This document shows, one piece after another, positions 1-13,700 of a stretch of 64,000 bases of DNA. A model generated the notes under the pieces. It was not told the DNA's origin. It made no database searches and worked only from the letters and a program-made list of their open reading frames with translations. Location of the stretch: UHGV virus genome UHGV-0277313; one strand, given 5' to 3'. Source of the DNA: a virus. The position numbers were made by a program, and so were the translations under genes. Each line of letters begins with the position of its first letter. The first letter of the stretch is position 1.

Positions 1-137
1 ATTCTATTTAGTCGAATTAAGTTTCAAAAGGGAAAGTTGAAAAATCTTTTAGAAAGTTTTGATGAAAGTTTATCTGAATCTGAAAATATGTTCAACAATG
101 GTTTTAGAAAGATTTATGATTCAGGTTCATTAACATA

Positions 138-713
138 TTGCTTGAAACTATAGTAAAACTGTGTTCTATATTTAAAACAATAAAGGGTGAAGCGATGCAA
201 ACTTTTCGTGAATGTTTTTTAAATTATATGGAAGAAGCTTTTGAAGCTGATTTAAGTTTATCTGATTTAAAGATTGATAATATAGATAAAGTTGAAAAGT
301 TTTTGAAAGACAAATTAGAGTTAGAAGGTCTTGAAAGATTTGAGGATGTTTTTCAAATATCTAATTCTTTAGACGAAGGTTTGCTTGACTCTTTAAGCAA
401 TTATTTTAAAAATAATAAAAATGCTTTATTACTTGCAGCAGCATTGTCTATTTTAGGTTGGTCAATGTCTGATGTTGTAAAGAATTTTGTTGTTTTGTCT
501 GTTACAAATTCGGCTTGTCGTTCATATGATTATAGTTTTAAATCGTGTCCTTATAGAAATGTAAAAGATTTGGCAAAAGAAGTCGATGAAAATAAAGATG
601 CTGTTTTAAAAACTTTTGAGAAGATTGAAAATAAAGAAGACATTAATAAAGAAGATGTTGAACAATTTTTATCATGGCAGCAATTTATTGAAAAAGATTC
701 AGTTTCTTCATAA
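138..713 (+). CDS. hypothetical protein
   Basis: 191-aa ORF with AT-rich codon usage consistent with neighbours; no recognisable motif. Confidence 0.45.
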   Translation: MLETIVKLCSIFKTIKGEAMQTFRECFLNYMEEAFEADLSLSDLKIDNIDKVEKFLKDKLELEGLERFEDVFQISNSLDEGLLDSLSNYFKNNKNALLLAAALSILGWSMSDVVKNFVVLSVTNSACRSYDYSFKSCPYRNVKDLAKEVDENKDAVLKTFEKIENKEDINKEDVEQFLSWQQFIEKDSVSS

Positions 714-1038
714 AAATATTTAGGAAAATTGAAATCGTAAATAAAATTAACATTGAAGTTGTTGCAAAAAAAGCTTCGTGGCAATACAAAAGGATCCAAA
801 TTGTAGAAGCTAAAAACGAAGTTTCAAACATTCGATCAAAAAAATTGATAGCAAAGTTTTTCTTATCTAGATAAACATTGAAAGCAACTAGTGTAAACAT
901 AGCGATGAATGATTGAAAAGCTTCACGTAAAAAAGTTTTGGAATAAACTAAAGAAAACAATATTGCACCAATAAAGTAAATGAGCAAAATTGTGAAAATG
1001 ACATTAGCTATAAATTGTTCAAATTTGGTTTGTTTCAT
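685..1038 (-). CDS. putative small membrane protein
   Basis: 117-aa ORF with 3-4 strongly hydrophobic segments (FTILLIYFIGAILFSLV, FIAMFTLVAFNVYL, ASTIWILLY, LILFTISIFLNIF); convergent with the previous ORF, 3' ends overlap by 29 nt. Confidence 0.3.
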   Translation of the reverse strand: MKQTKFEQFIANVIFTILLIYFIGAILFSLVYSKTFLREAFQSFIAMFTLVAFNVYLDKKNFAINFFDRMFETSFLASTIWILLYCHEAFFATTSMLILFTISIFLNIFMKKLNLFQ

Positions 1039-1164
1039 TTTATTTTCCTTTGCTTATATATGTATATTATAATATTGCGAAAGATTTGTCAATATAAAAA
1101 TTTTACTTAACTGTTTTATTGTTCTTTGGTTATCAATTTTATTCAAACTATTGGGGTAATCTAA

Positions 1165-1839
1165 ATGGTAGTGTATTTTCCTAAAAATGGTAAATCTGTT
1201 GTTGTTAACGGAATTCAGATTAAACGTCCTGGTTTACCTATGCAGTTTCCTGTAAAAGTTTATGAAAAGTTTGTTGAAAAGGGTCTTTTGGTTCGCCGTC
1301 CTCAAGATATGGATCCTATTTCACCTGAAGATTTACGTCGTCAAGTAGAGATGGCGCAAGAAGCGAAAAAACCTGTTTATATCCCTGAATCAACTGGTGG
1401 TGACGTATCTGGTGCCCCTGTACCAGCAGGAATTGGCGAAGATTATCCGTCTGCTTCATATAAAGATGAAAGTGGTGGTGATTTGGGTACAAATGAATAT
1501 GATTTACAATTGATTAATGAGTTACGTAAATTAGGTGTAGATACAGATAAAGTTTTAGCTGAAGCAAAAGCACAACAGAATGCCGAGACTGTTGTTAAAG
1601 AAGTTGTGGAAGAACCCGTTGTTGAAGAAACACATACAGGTGGTGTTTTTGCATCTTTTGTTGAAAAAGAAAATAAAGAAGAAGATTCAGGTTTGACTTA
1701 TGAAAAAGCATTATCTATGGTTAAATTAAACGAAGATGGTTCTTTTAAGTTAGGTAAAGATAGGACGTATGTATTAACACCTGGTGCAAAACCGTATTCA
1801 AAAGCAGAGATTTGTGCTGTTATTGATAAAGGTAAATAA
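1165..1839 (+). CDS. hypothetical acidic protein
   Basis: 224-aa ORF; no motif recognised. Confidence 0.45.
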   Translation: MVVYFPKNGKSVVVNGIQIKRPGLPMQFPVKVYEKFVEKGLLVRRPQDMDPISPEDLRRQVEMAQEAKKPVYIPESTGGDVSGAPVPAGIGEDYPSASYKDESGGDLGTNEYDLQLINELRKLGVDTDKVLAEAKAQQNAETVVKEVVEEPVVEETHTGGVFASFVEKENKEEDSGLTYEKALSMVKLNEDGSFKLGKDRTYVLTPGAKPYSKAEICAVIDKGK

Positions 1840-1886
1840 TAAAAGTTCATCTAAAGCAATCTAATTGTTTTGAAGAAAGATTTATC

Positions 1887-2660
1887 ATGGCTGACAACGT
1901 GCCGTCAATGTTAGATTTTGTTGAAAGAACAATTAGGTTAGCTTTAGGCAATCCTATAATGCTTCTTTGTGAAAAAGAAAAAGAGATCAAAGAAGATGCT
2001 GAATATGTAGGGTTAATGGACTATTATAGATTATGTCCTTTTATTCAGCGTACGTTTCATACATTGTCAGGAATGGACGGATTAAATCTGTCTATTCCTT
2101 TTTCGCAACCTATTGGAATGTTACCTAAAAGAGTTCAGAAGTATGCCTATTATTTAGGTGTTGTACGTGCTGATGTTTCTATAGGTATGTCATATCAAGG
2201 GTTGTATTCTTTTGATAACTATCTTTTAGGTACACCGTTAGTAAATCCGTTAGCGGCGTATTCTGGCAGTGGTAATCTTTTCTCAAGAACTGATTTCCCG
2301 TTGAAACAGTTGGCATATACAACAACAACGGATTTAACAACAGGTGAGCCTTCATATATAATTAATCGTACAGAAGAATGTGTTGATGTTATAGGGCCTG
2401 TTACGATCGGTCAGTTGATGATGGAACATGGTTTAGGTTTTTATTGTTGGGATATGATTGAGCCTAGTCATGTGGATTTGGTTTCAAAATTTGTTAGTAA
2501 AAGATTATTGGAATCCGTTATTACGTCAAGAACTTCAGTGAAGCTAAAATCAGATTTTGATATTGATGTATCAGCTTTAGAAAGACAATTAGATAAAATA
2601 GATACTTATTTAAAAGAAGAAGCACCAAAATATCAAAGACAGAATCTGATTTGGGGGTAA
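1887..2660 (+). CDS. hypothetical protein
   Basis: 257-aa ORF closely packed in an operon-like array. Confidence 0.45.
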   Translation: MADNVPSMLDFVERTIRLALGNPIMLLCEKEKEIKEDAEYVGLMDYYRLCPFIQRTFHTLSGMDGLNLSIPFSQPIGMLPKRVQKYAYYLGVVRADVSIGMSYQGLYSFDNYLLGTPLVNPLAAYSGSGNLFSRTDFPLKQLAYTTTTDLTTGEPSYIINRTEECVDVIGPVTIGQLMMEHGLGFYCWDMIEPSHVDLVSKFVSKRLLESVITSRTSVKLKSDFDIDVSALERQLDKIDTYLKEEAPKYQRQNLIWG

Positions 2661-2663
2661 ATC

Positions 2664-4634
2664 ATGAATCAACAGAATAAAGATTTTTATAATGTTTTAA
2701 ATGATCATAATGTTTTAGTTGAAGAAGACGAAGGTTATGAAATTCAACAAGCTGAAGCTTTACAGAAATCTTTGGAAAAAGCTAAAACTTTAGAAGATTT
2801 GTTTAAAATTAAGTCATTCGGCAATTATGTTGGTTCATTGCATGTTATGTCTAGTGATGGTACTGATACAGAAGCATCGAGTTCAAATTATAAACCTATC
2901 ATTGATTTTAAGACTTTGACAGGTTTTTCATATGAAGATAAGTTAAGAGTTGTAACATTTTGTTGCGCTGTAATAACTTCTGTTTTTGACGCGTTGAAAC
3001 AAAAGAAGAAGCTGGACGACGAATCACTTGCACAAAAAATACCTGTTGGTAAAAAAATTGCTGTTAGTTTAGGAAAAGATTCTGATTTAAAAAACAATGT
3101 TTTTGGTTATGATATTGTAGCAGATAAATTAAATGAGATTAACGAAAATAAAAGTATGTTGATCAATTTAAATGTAAACAGTGATTATTTATATAAAATG
3201 TTTGCATCTGGTATTTTATCATTGGAAAATATTGGTGAATTCATTGTTAAGTTTAAATCAGATACGTGTGAATTTGTTTGTCAATCTTCAAAACTTTCTG
3301 AAATTTTGAATATCCTTAATTTATTGCAAAGAGAAGCAAGCAATGTAACTTCAATAAATTCTTTAAAAGATTCTTTTGGAGTTTTATTGAATAATATTGT
3401 TTTTACGTTTTGTGGTTTGACTGTTAATGAGATTTTCAGTGATACAAATGAACGTGAATATGAATTATTTTCCAGCTTAAGTGAAGAAGATAGAATTCAG
3501 TTAAAGCGTACTGTTGTAGAGGAATTAGTAGATAGTTTTTCTAAAAAAATACATTTAGATCCGTATAAGATTAATTTTAACAGTAGTTTTAATGTTGATG
3601 GAAAAGTTTCGTTTATAACGGATTTTAATTTCAAATCTGTAAATGTAAAAAAAGCTAGTGAAGATACAGCTTCAAAAAATATTAAAACTAAAGGTAAGTC
3701 AGATAATATTTTATATTATGTGGCGCAGCAATTATCAACAGCAGATTTTTCAAAATTTGATGAAAAATTTGAAATTCAGAATTCAGGTTTTGTTAAAAAG
3801 TTTAATGCTGATTGGAAATTGGTGCTTAAACCTGTATTTGATGAAGAAAATATTAAAAAAACAAAAGATGCACTTGATGATTTGAAGTTTGAAATTGACG
3901 AAAGATTATCAAAGTTAAAATTTTTGTATGATGCCAATATTCCAATGAAAAAGGTCGGTCAGTCAGAAATTGTAGATGATGACAAGATTTCAAATAATTT
4001 AATGGATGTAATGGAAGACTTGACAGAAAAAGATGAAATAAAAAGCACTCTATCTGGTTCTGGTTATTTCTTTAGAGTTACTTTAAAAAAGTTTGTTGTG
4101 TTAAAGAAAAATTTTAATGATAGCAAAAAACAGATACAGGCTTTGTATGATGTGAAACTAAAAAAAGCTAAAGACGATTACCCTGAACTTGGTAAAGATG
4201 GTAAGATTTCACAATCAAAATTGAAGTCCTATCAAAGTAATGTTTCGGAGTTGGAAGATAAAAAAGAAAGTAGTTTATCAGATTTGAAAACGAAATACAT
4301 GGAGTCTAGAGCTAAATTAGTTGCAAATGCAGAAGAGGCTGTCAGAGCAATAAATACTTTAGCATCATCTATTTCATCAAATCAAAATAAGTTGAGAAGA
4401 ACTGAAGATTTTATGAACAGTTTAGGTAAAGATAGTTATTCTAAAGATGTCTGTGAGGCATGGAAAGAAAGCTTTTTATCATTGTTGTCGGAAGAGGATA
4501 ACGTTGTTCAAAAAAGAATTCCTGAACCAAAACGTGAGTCAGATAAATCGTATAGGTTAAATGGAAAACTAAGCTTTAACTTTAATAATAAAGATTATTT
4601 TTATACAATGAATTTGTTGATTGTTGTACGGTGA
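2664..4634 (+). CDS. hypothetical large coiled-coil protein (possible virion or scaffold protein)
   Basis: 656-aa ORF, K/E-rich heptad-like segments; 4-nt overlap with the next ORF (translational coupling). Confidence 0.45.
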   Translation: MNQQNKDFYNVLNDHNVLVEEDEGYEIQQAEALQKSLEKAKTLEDLFKIKSFGNYVGSLHVMSSDGTDTEASSSNYKPIIDFKTLTGFSYEDKLRVVTFCCAVITSVFDALKQKKKLDDESLAQKIPVGKKIAVSLGKDSDLKNNVFGYDIVADKLNEINENKSMLINLNVNSDYLYKMFASGILSLENIGEFIVKFKSDTCEFVCQSSKLSEILNILNLLQREASNVTSINSLKDSFGVLLNNIVFTFCGLTVNEIFSDTNEREYELFSSLSEEDRIQLKRTVVEELVDSFSKKIHLDPYKINFNSSFNVDGKVSFITDFNFKSVNVKKASEDTASKNIKTKGKSDNILYYVAQQLSTADFSKFDEKFEIQNSGFVKKFNADWKLVLKPVFDEENIKKTKDALDDLKFEIDERLSKLKFLYDANIPMKKVGQSEIVDDDKISNNLMDVMEDLTEKDEIKSTLSGSGYFFRVTLKKFVVLKKNFNDSKKQIQALYDVKLKKAKDDYPELGKDGKISQSKLKSYQSNVSELEDKKESSLSDLKTKYMESRAKLVANAEEAVRAINTLASSISSNQNKLRRTEDFMNSLGKDSYSKDVCEAWKESFLSLLSEEDNVVQKRIPEPKRESDKSYRLNGKLSFNFNNKDYFYTMNLLIVVR

Positions 4635-5113
4635 TTGATATGAACGATTTAGAGCAGATTAAAGAACATTTAGAAAAGGTAATGTTGGCAGAAAACGTTC
4701 GTGAGTGGATGGTTATAGTCAATAAAGGTTTGTTAGGAAATCGTCGTGTCGTATATTCAACTGATGATAGAAGTAAAGTAAAAGAAAAGTTTGAATGGTA
4801 CCGTGATACTTATCCTAATATTAAGTTTCGTATTATGACAAAATCATCTTTTAGAGATTCGTATCATCGTTTCCCTGAATACATTGACGATGCAAAAAAG
4901 CAACAGTTGTTTGGTGATAGAGAAAGAAAAGTTTCGTATGGTCAATCTGAAGTTAAAAAACGGTATGTTTTTTCGCCGCGTACAAAAGACGTAGAGGTTG
5001 ATGTAGAGGAACCTGTAGAAAAAGAGATTATTAGAACAACGGTTATTAAAGAGCCACAACAACAACAAAATGGTTATGTTAAAACAAAACCTGTTGATAT
5101 AAAGAAAGTTTAA
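4631..5113 (+). CDS. hypothetical protein
   Basis: 160-aa ORF followed by a strong terminator. Confidence 0.45.
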   Translation: MIDMNDLEQIKEHLEKVMLAENVREWMVIVNKGLLGNRRVVYSTDDRSKVKEKFEWYRDTYPNIKFRIMTKSSFRDSYHRFPEYIDDAKKQQLFGDRERKVSYGQSEVKKRYVFSPRTKDVEVDVEEPVEKEIIRTTVIKEPQQQQNGYVKTKPVDIKKV

Positions 5114-5122
5114 TTTTGTTAG

Positions 5123-5160
5123 ACCCGTCAAATTAACTAAAATTTGACGGGTTCTTTATT
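5123..5160 (+). terminator. rho-independent terminator
   Basis: 12-bp perfect stem acccgtcaaatt/aatttgacgggt (5123-5134/5141-5152), 6-nt loop aactaa, then T-rich tract tctttatt. Confidence 0.7.
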
Positions 5161-5188
5161 TACTATATTTTCTATTCGGAGAATTTCT

Positions 5189-7068
<1,880 letters not shown>

Positions 7069-7139
7069 TAATTTTATTCCGTTTCTTTTTTCACTATTCA
7101 CGTTTTTTGTTCTTTATGCAATGAAGGTTACGGTGAAAA

Positions 7140-7538
7140 ATGGCTGGCGAAGTTCGATATCAATATCGTGATTTTAACTTGAATTACATAACAGGTGGTG
7201 AAAAAGGACCAGCTTGCGTATCAGGTTATGCTGCGATTAGAGAATCTTTATTAAATATTTTATATACAGATATGGGTTCACGTTTTTTTAATCGTGGATT
7301 TGGAAGTTTATTGCAACCGTTATTGTTTGAGCCTATGAATGAGTCAACGGTTTCAAGTATAAGAACAGTGTTATATACAAATATTCCTGAATTAGAGCCT
7401 CGTATTGAGATGGGACCTTATGATGTTGAGGTTGAAGCAGATTATGCCAATCATTGTTACATTGTGACAATGCATATGATAGAAAAAAGCACAAATCAAT
7501 CTTTGAAGTTAAGTGCTGTACTTGAACAGGTGTCGTAA
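7140..7538 (+). CDS. baseplate wedge protein, gp25/GPW-like
   Basis: 132 aa; GPACVSGYAAIRESLLNILYTDMGSRFFNRGFGSLLQPLLFEPMNEST is the typical GPW/gp25 core; sits directly upstream of a baseplate-J-like gene. Confidence 0.6.
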   Translation: MAGEVRYQYRDFNLNYITGGEKGPACVSGYAAIRESLLNILYTDMGSRFFNRGFGSLLQPLLFEPMNESTVSSIRTVLYTNIPELEPRIEMGPYDVEVEADYANHCYIVTMHMIEKSTNQSLKLSAVLEQVS

Positions 7539-10500
7539 TGGAATTAAGAAATAATTTAGTAATTGACTATGATACTTTTAAAGCAGCATTGACTGAAATT
7601 TTATTGGAAGATTCTGATACTTTTAGGTCGTTATACCCTGGCTCAACGGCAAATATTTTCGTTGAGTGTTTATCAGGTTATGCTGCAATGTTAATGTATA
7701 GATTGCAGACAGCGATCACAAATTCATTTTTGAAAACAGCATTTTCGGAATATTCAATTTTTTCAATTGCTGAAATGTTGGGTGTTATCATTCGTGGTAA
7801 TACAGGTTCAAAAGTTGATGTGGTTTTAGAAAGACAGCCGTTTACGTCAACTCCCAATCTTCCTGCATTTACAATTCCACAGCATACAGGTTTTACGATT
7901 AATAATTTACCTTTTTATAATCGTGAAACATTAACATTCCCAAGTAGTTACACTCAAATTGAAACAACATTGTATCAAGGTGAGATTAAACAGAAAGAGT
8001 ATACAACAACAGGGGCTATGAATGAAAAGTTCTTGTTCGGAGACAGTTTTACCGTTGATATTAGTTATGTAACAGTTTTGGTAAATGGTGTTGAGTGGAA
8101 AACTGATTACGAAACAATTATGGATTATACTGTTGGTGAAGAAAATTCGACAGATAGTGTTCAAGTTGTTTTATTAAGAACAAATGTTGATGGTACGTGT
8201 TACATTCAGTTTGGTAACGGTATTTACGGTGCTTTACCACCAGCTGGATCTATTGTTCAAATTTTATATGCAACAACTGTTGGTGCAGCTGGTAACTTTA
8301 CAGGTGCACAAGATTTGTCAATTAATGACAATCTTCTATCTGACAATATTGAAGCTCCAGAAATTTTACAAGTATCTGGAGCAAGAATTGGCGCTGCAAC
8401 TGATGGTTCGAATAGATTGTCGGCCTCTTCTTTAAAATATGTTTCACCTCGATTATTTGCTTCTAATAATCGTGCTGTTAAGCGTTCCGATTATATTGGA
8501 CAGATGATTTACAATTGCAATTATAAGGATTGTAACTTTTGGGGCGAATATGAACAAGCAAAGAAAGAAGGTTATGCCGACAACTCGATGATGAATAGAG
8601 TTTATTATACGGCAATTACAAATGATTTTTCTGTCAATACTGTTGTTTTTACAACAGGTGATGGTGTAACAAAAGAGTTCACAAAAAATGTATCTTCTAT
8701 TGTGATGTTCCCTGGTTCTGTTGAAGTTAAAAGTGATACAGAAACTTTCCGTGATTATAATGGTATGGGTTACATGTTTTCTGAAGCTTCTGATTATACA
8801 ATTCAGAAAAGTTTAGGAAAAATTGTAACAACAGACGAAGATGATTCAGCAACAGGTGAAACTGTTTCAACTGATACAACTTGTGTTGTTCAGTTTAATT
8901 TATTAGGAAGTATTGGTGAAACAAATCTGAATATTGATTTTTCACAGAGCATGAAGTGTGTTATTGATGTTACAGGTGAAAAGCATTGTAAATTGGGTGA
9001 TAGAACATTTACAAAACAGATTGATGGGAAAACGTATACTTTTACTTTTGATTATAATGATAGACGTATTTTAACTGATGTTGAGTTTAAAGGTGTTGGT
9101 CAGGAGTTTGGATATTCAACATCTGAAATGTCAGTAGCCGTGACAGAAAAATCTGGAAGTATTGTAAATACTGTTAATGATGCAAGATTAAAGGTTTTAT
9201 CAATACAGTATATTACAGGCTCAAGTGTTGTTTATGATAAAACAGAAGTTGTGACAACGGAATTTGATGTTAAGACTTCTTCGAGTGGTAACTTCTCAAA
9301 CACGACAATTACAGTAGCATGGGATGATCCGTCATCTGAATCTGTAGATGGTTCATTACAAATAACTAAAACATTTGAAACATTTTTAAGTTGTAAATTT
9401 GATGAATCAGGTGTTCCACATTGTTGGTTAGGTAGCAATAAATTAGAAAAAGAATTTGATGGCAAGAATTATGTTTTTGAATTCTTGAATAAAGATGGAA
9501 CAACATTGTCTGATGTAGAGTTCATTGAAGGTCAACTTTTTAATAAAGATTCAATGATTTATGTGAAAGGTGAAATCCAAACTTTCACAGAAGAGGGTGT
9601 TGAATACGAAACAATTGAAAATGCGAATGTAAAGATTGTTACTGTTAAATTCGTAGAAAGAGACATTGGAAACATCTTAATACAAAAAGAAAGTGTTGAA
9701 GATGAATCGATGTCGAATGCTAATACTTATTATCAATCATCGCAAGCGCCAACTTCAAGTCACCCAATTGTTATTGATTTTTCATTTGATAAACCGATTG
9801 CTCTTGCTGGTATTCGATTCTTTTCATCTTCATTCTCAACAGCTGAAGACAGGTGTTTCCCGTCTAAAATAATTGTTTTAGGTTGGCGCGGCGGTGAAGA
9901 TGGAACAGACCCTGTCAATTTGCCACTTGAAGATTTTGAATCAAGTGATGAAAATAAGGCTTGGAATTTTAAAGAGTTAATGCATGATACTCGTTGGGAA
10001 CATTTAACTGAAGCCGTGAGTTTGTCTGAACCGGGCGTGTCAGCATGGTCAGATTGGGTAGGTTTGGATACTTCAGCAAACGAAAAAACATTTACATATA
10101 TCAAAGACGGTGCACCAGTAACATCGAAAAAACAGAATGTTTTTAAATTGTATCGTTTGATTGTTTTGGATCGTTTTGGTGCTTCAGAAGAACAGTCTAT
10201 TAAGATTGGTAAAGTTGCTTTAATTACAAAAGCAAAATCATCTTTAGTGAATTATGAAGATGGAAATGCTATAGTTAAGTTCAAATCAGCACCTGCAGTT
10301 GATGAAGTGATTTATGCGACAACTATTGGGGAAAAATTGTCTGATTATCAAAAGTTGCGCGATTACGCTTTCTTAAAGAAAATTAATCATTTTACAACTG
10401 AAGTTGAGTACAAAGATTTGAAATTAAAACGTGTTGATATTGATGTTAAAGTTATTTATAGCAATTCAACAGATGTTTCAACATTAAAATCAAATGTTGA

Positions 10501-10714
10501 AGAAGCAATTACTAATTTATTTGCTGTTACGCAGGGACGTATTGGTCAGAGTTTACGTGTTTCAACATTGTATTCAACAATAATGGGTGTTGAAGGTGTT
10601 GTGTATTGTATTAAGAAATTACCTGTTGATGACATTGAAATAAATGTTGACGAAATTTTGTATTTATCAAAATTGAACATCGAGTATGAATCAGCAGCAA
10701 GATTAGGGAACTAA
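7538..10714 (+). CDS. baseplate J-like (gp6-like) protein, extended
   Basis: 1058 aa; N-terminal ~300 aa has Baseplate_J-like character; gene order gp25-like then J-like; ATGA start/stop overlap. Confidence 0.5.
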   Translation: MELRNNLVIDYDTFKAALTEILLEDSDTFRSLYPGSTANIFVECLSGYAAMLMYRLQTAITNSFLKTAFSEYSIFSIAEMLGVIIRGNTGSKVDVVLERQPFTSTPNLPAFTIPQHTGFTINNLPFYNRETLTFPSSYTQIETTLYQGEIKQKEYTTTGAMNEKFLFGDSFTVDISYVTVLVNGVEWKTDYETIMDYTVGEENSTDSVQVVLLRTNVDGTCYIQFGNGIYGALPPAGSIVQILYATTVGAAGNFTGAQDLSINDNLLSDNIEAPEILQVSGARIGAATDGSNRLSASSLKYVSPRLFASNNRAVKRSDYIGQMIYNCNYKDCNFWGEYEQAKKEGYADNSMMNRVYYTAITNDFSVNTVVFTTGDGVTKEFTKNVSSIVMFPGSVEVKSDTETFRDYNGMGYMFSEASDYTIQKSLGKIVTTDEDDSATGETVSTDTTCVVQFNLLGSIGETNLNIDFSQSMKCVIDVTGEKHCKLGDRTFTKQIDGKTYTFTFDYNDRRILTDVEFKGVGQEFGYSTSEMSVAVTEKSGSIVNTVNDARLKVLSIQYITGSSVVYDKTEVVTTEFDVKTSSSGNFSNTTITVAWDDPSSESVDGSLQITKTFETFLSCKFDESGVPHCWLGSNKLEKEFDGKNYVFEFLNKDGTTLSDVEFIEGQLFNKDSMIYVKGEIQTFTEEGVEYETIENANVKIVTVKFVERDIGNILIQKESVEDESMSNANTYYQSSQAPTSSHPIVIDFSFDKPIALAGIRFFSSSFSTAEDRCFPSKIIVLGWRGGEDGTDPVNLPLEDFESSDENKAWNFKELMHDTRWEHLTEAVSLSEPGVSAWSDWVGLDTSANEKTFTYIKDGAPVTSKKQNVFKLYRLIVLDRFGASEEQSIKIGKVALITKAKSSLVNYEDGNAIVKFKSAPAVDEVIYATTIGEKLSDYQKLRDYAFLKKINHFTTEVEYKDLKLKRVDIDVKVIYSNSTDVSTLKSNVEEAITNLFAVTQGRIGQSLRVSTLYSTIMGVEGVVYCIKKLPVDDIEINVDEILYLSKLNIEYESAARLGN

Positions 10715-10715
10715 C

Positions 10716-13700
10716 ATGCATTCATTAAATTGGGACGTTACTTCAGAATATAATCTGAATATCACAGGTCAAACTTTAGATTTTATCTTGTTTAAAGATT
10801 CGGTTTGGCAAGATGATAGTATTTGTGATTTTAGCGATGGTACGTCATTTACTTTAAATGCATTGACAATTGAAGGCCAGTTATTAACTTTATTTGCGCT
10901 TTCAAAATATTATGTTGTTAGAAAATATATTTTAAGAAATGATGGGTATATTGCTGGTAGTGATGTTGACTTAAAACCTTTTAAGATTACGACTGATAAC
11001 GTTGCTGTGTTTCTTAATGGCACTTATGTCAGACCAACATGCTATACAGCAACTGATCATTCAATTAGATTTCATATTAAAGGGGAAAGAGTTTCAGGAA
11101 CATCCGAACTAAAGGATTATATTTCATGGTCCGAAGGTGATGTTGTAAAATTTATTACAAATGATCCTGATTCAAAAAAACAGACGTTCAATAGCTATTT
11201 TATGCAATATACGTCAAACAAAGCGACAACTGTTTTATCACAGAATGGTAAAAACTTTTATTCTGCAATAACACCAAAATTGTCTAAAGGTAAAACAATT
11301 GTTTTAGTGAATGATAAAATAATTCCTTACAGTGAATTATCATTTCCTGGTGGTGAATTTACAACAGGTAATGTAAACACACAGGGTGCTTTGGTCATTA
11401 AAAGAAACTTGTCAGAAGCTGATAAAGTTACAGTCTTTTATTTTGAAGAAGATTTTGAACATTTTGAATATTCCCCTAAAACAGGACAAACTAGGTTTCA
11501 AGGTCCAGATCTGTTAGGTAATTATTTAAGTTATTCAACGACTGAAGGCGCTGGTGTAGCACAACTTTTTGAATATTCTGTAGGTAATACTGGTGAAGTA
11601 GTTACAAATGGTGTTCCTTGGTCAAATATTACAGGTGTAACTAATGGTTGCCGTTTACATGCATCATGTATTTTTAATGGTGTTTCATATTCTGGTGAAG
11701 CTGAAATACAAGATTCAAATATGGAAAAATCTTATGTTTCAGTAAAGATTATTTCAGAATTTGGAAGAAAAGAATTTGATTCGTCAGAGTGGTATATTTC
11801 TCCAGCATATTCGAAAAATATTGTTTCTTATTTAGATGGAAGGACACAAAGTACTGTAGCGTTTCCTGAAATTTTAGGAACATTTCAGATGTTCTTTCTA
11901 GATTATTATCAGGATGGGTTACGTCGTTTAACAAACATTCGCAATGTTAATGAAGTTGAACCTGATTTACTGATCCCGACGTTAGATATGTTAGGCATGC
12001 GTTTGGATATGTCTAATGTTTCAGAGTTAAACAAACGTCGTGCTGTTCGTGAAGTAATTAACTTTTATAAACGTTGTGGTACTAAAAAGTCAATTAACTT
12101 TTTAGGTTATATCAACGACAGAGTTATTAATCTTGATGAAGCTTTATGGACTAATGATTATATTCATTTTGCAACACCTGATGAGTTAGGCGCAACTTAT
12201 GAAAGAAAACAATTAGCTCAATTTATTGATTATCGTTTCATTGCTGCAACTGCAGTAGAAACAGATGATTACGGTGATTGTTTGGATTTAAAAGGACCGT
12301 TTAAGTTAAAGGTAGAAGGTACAAAATTAACTATTCCTTACGGAAGCAGGGCTTTTTATCCTAATCACTATACTGGCACAGAAGGATCAATGAAATGGAA
12401 TTCAATTTCAGATAAATTGGAATTGAATAGTGAAGATTATTCGCCAGGTGATTACTTTTTAATTGTAATTGATGATCATGGATTTCAACATTTAGATTTA
12501 GTTGAAAATATACCTTCAGGAACACAAGAAGATTTTCTTGAAACAAATGTTAGTTATTATTATAATGAAACATATAATTCGATCAATATGGTTGACGATT
12601 TAGAAGTTTCAGTATCTTTACCTGTCGCAAAAGTTAATATCGCGCTAGATGATTATACAATTACTTTGTTGCAAGAATATAAAACATGTTCGTTTGTAGA
12701 TGATTTTGTTTTTGCAATGACATCAGATCCTGTTAGCGATCCAGTGTCTAAAATTAAAACACAAACAGGTTTGTCTTATTCATATCAAATAATTGATAAC
12801 GAAGATTTTGTAAATGATCGAAAAGTTGAGTTACAGAAATCACAGCGTTTAGATATAAAAGATGCAACAGGGGAAAATTACCTTGTATTTCTTAATGATT
12901 CGAATGAATTAAAGGATGTCAATAACGTAACATTAAAGTATATTCCTAAAGGGTATTATACTAATACAGGTATTCAACCTGTAGCAACAAATCATGCTTT
13001 ATGGAAATTTCATAATGAATGGTTTGTATATGATAACTTCGCTGTTGGGTTAGATAAATATGAATTTACTGTAGATGAATCTGGAGAGATTGTAAAAGAT
13101 TCATCAGGTTATTCAGATATTAAATATGTTGTTAAAGATTCTTGGTATAAAAGTGTATTCATTGGTGATTTCGTAGAATTGCCAAAAGCTAGTACATTAG
13201 AAGAAATCAAAAATATAAGTAATACTTTTTATGCATTTTACAATAAAGAACAACAACTTCAAGTTGTTTATACATTAGAACAAGATCCTGAAGTAGGTTC
13301 TGTCGTATACAAAATAGCAGATGCGAGTGTTGTTTTAGGTGTTGTTGATAGCGTAGATAAAACCAAACATACGATAACTATTGGTTCAGCAACTTATTCG
13401 TTTAGCCCTTCTAGAAATGTAACAGGTCGTCCGTTATGTCGTGTCGATGGCGTATATTATTCATTAGTTAAACGCCAAACTTATGAAGTCGATACTTGTC
13501 ATGAGTATTCAAACGGTAATGATTTGATGTTTCTTTTGAGTTCGAATCCTATTGTTGGTGATATTGCACATACTTATAAAGATTACGAACGAAGTGATTA
13601 TGTCGTTACAAGTGTTGATGCATTTCTAGGTGTTGTCAAGGTTTGTCCAAAACAATATTTTGGAACAGAACAGCAAGATGATTTTACTAAACAATATACA

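Noticed and set aside
2888-3097. Numerous 60-140-aa ORFs lying antisense to or inside larger genes (e.g. 551-799-, 2888-3097-, 3658-3885+, 5856-6161- and 6477-6893- inside groEL, 9760-10104-, 15311-15874-, 26757-26939+, 40248-40493+, 40327-40647-).
   Set aside because: Frame shadows of AT-rich coding sequence. They have no RBS, low-complexity or hydrophobic junk composition, and the overlapping long ORFs have clear homology.
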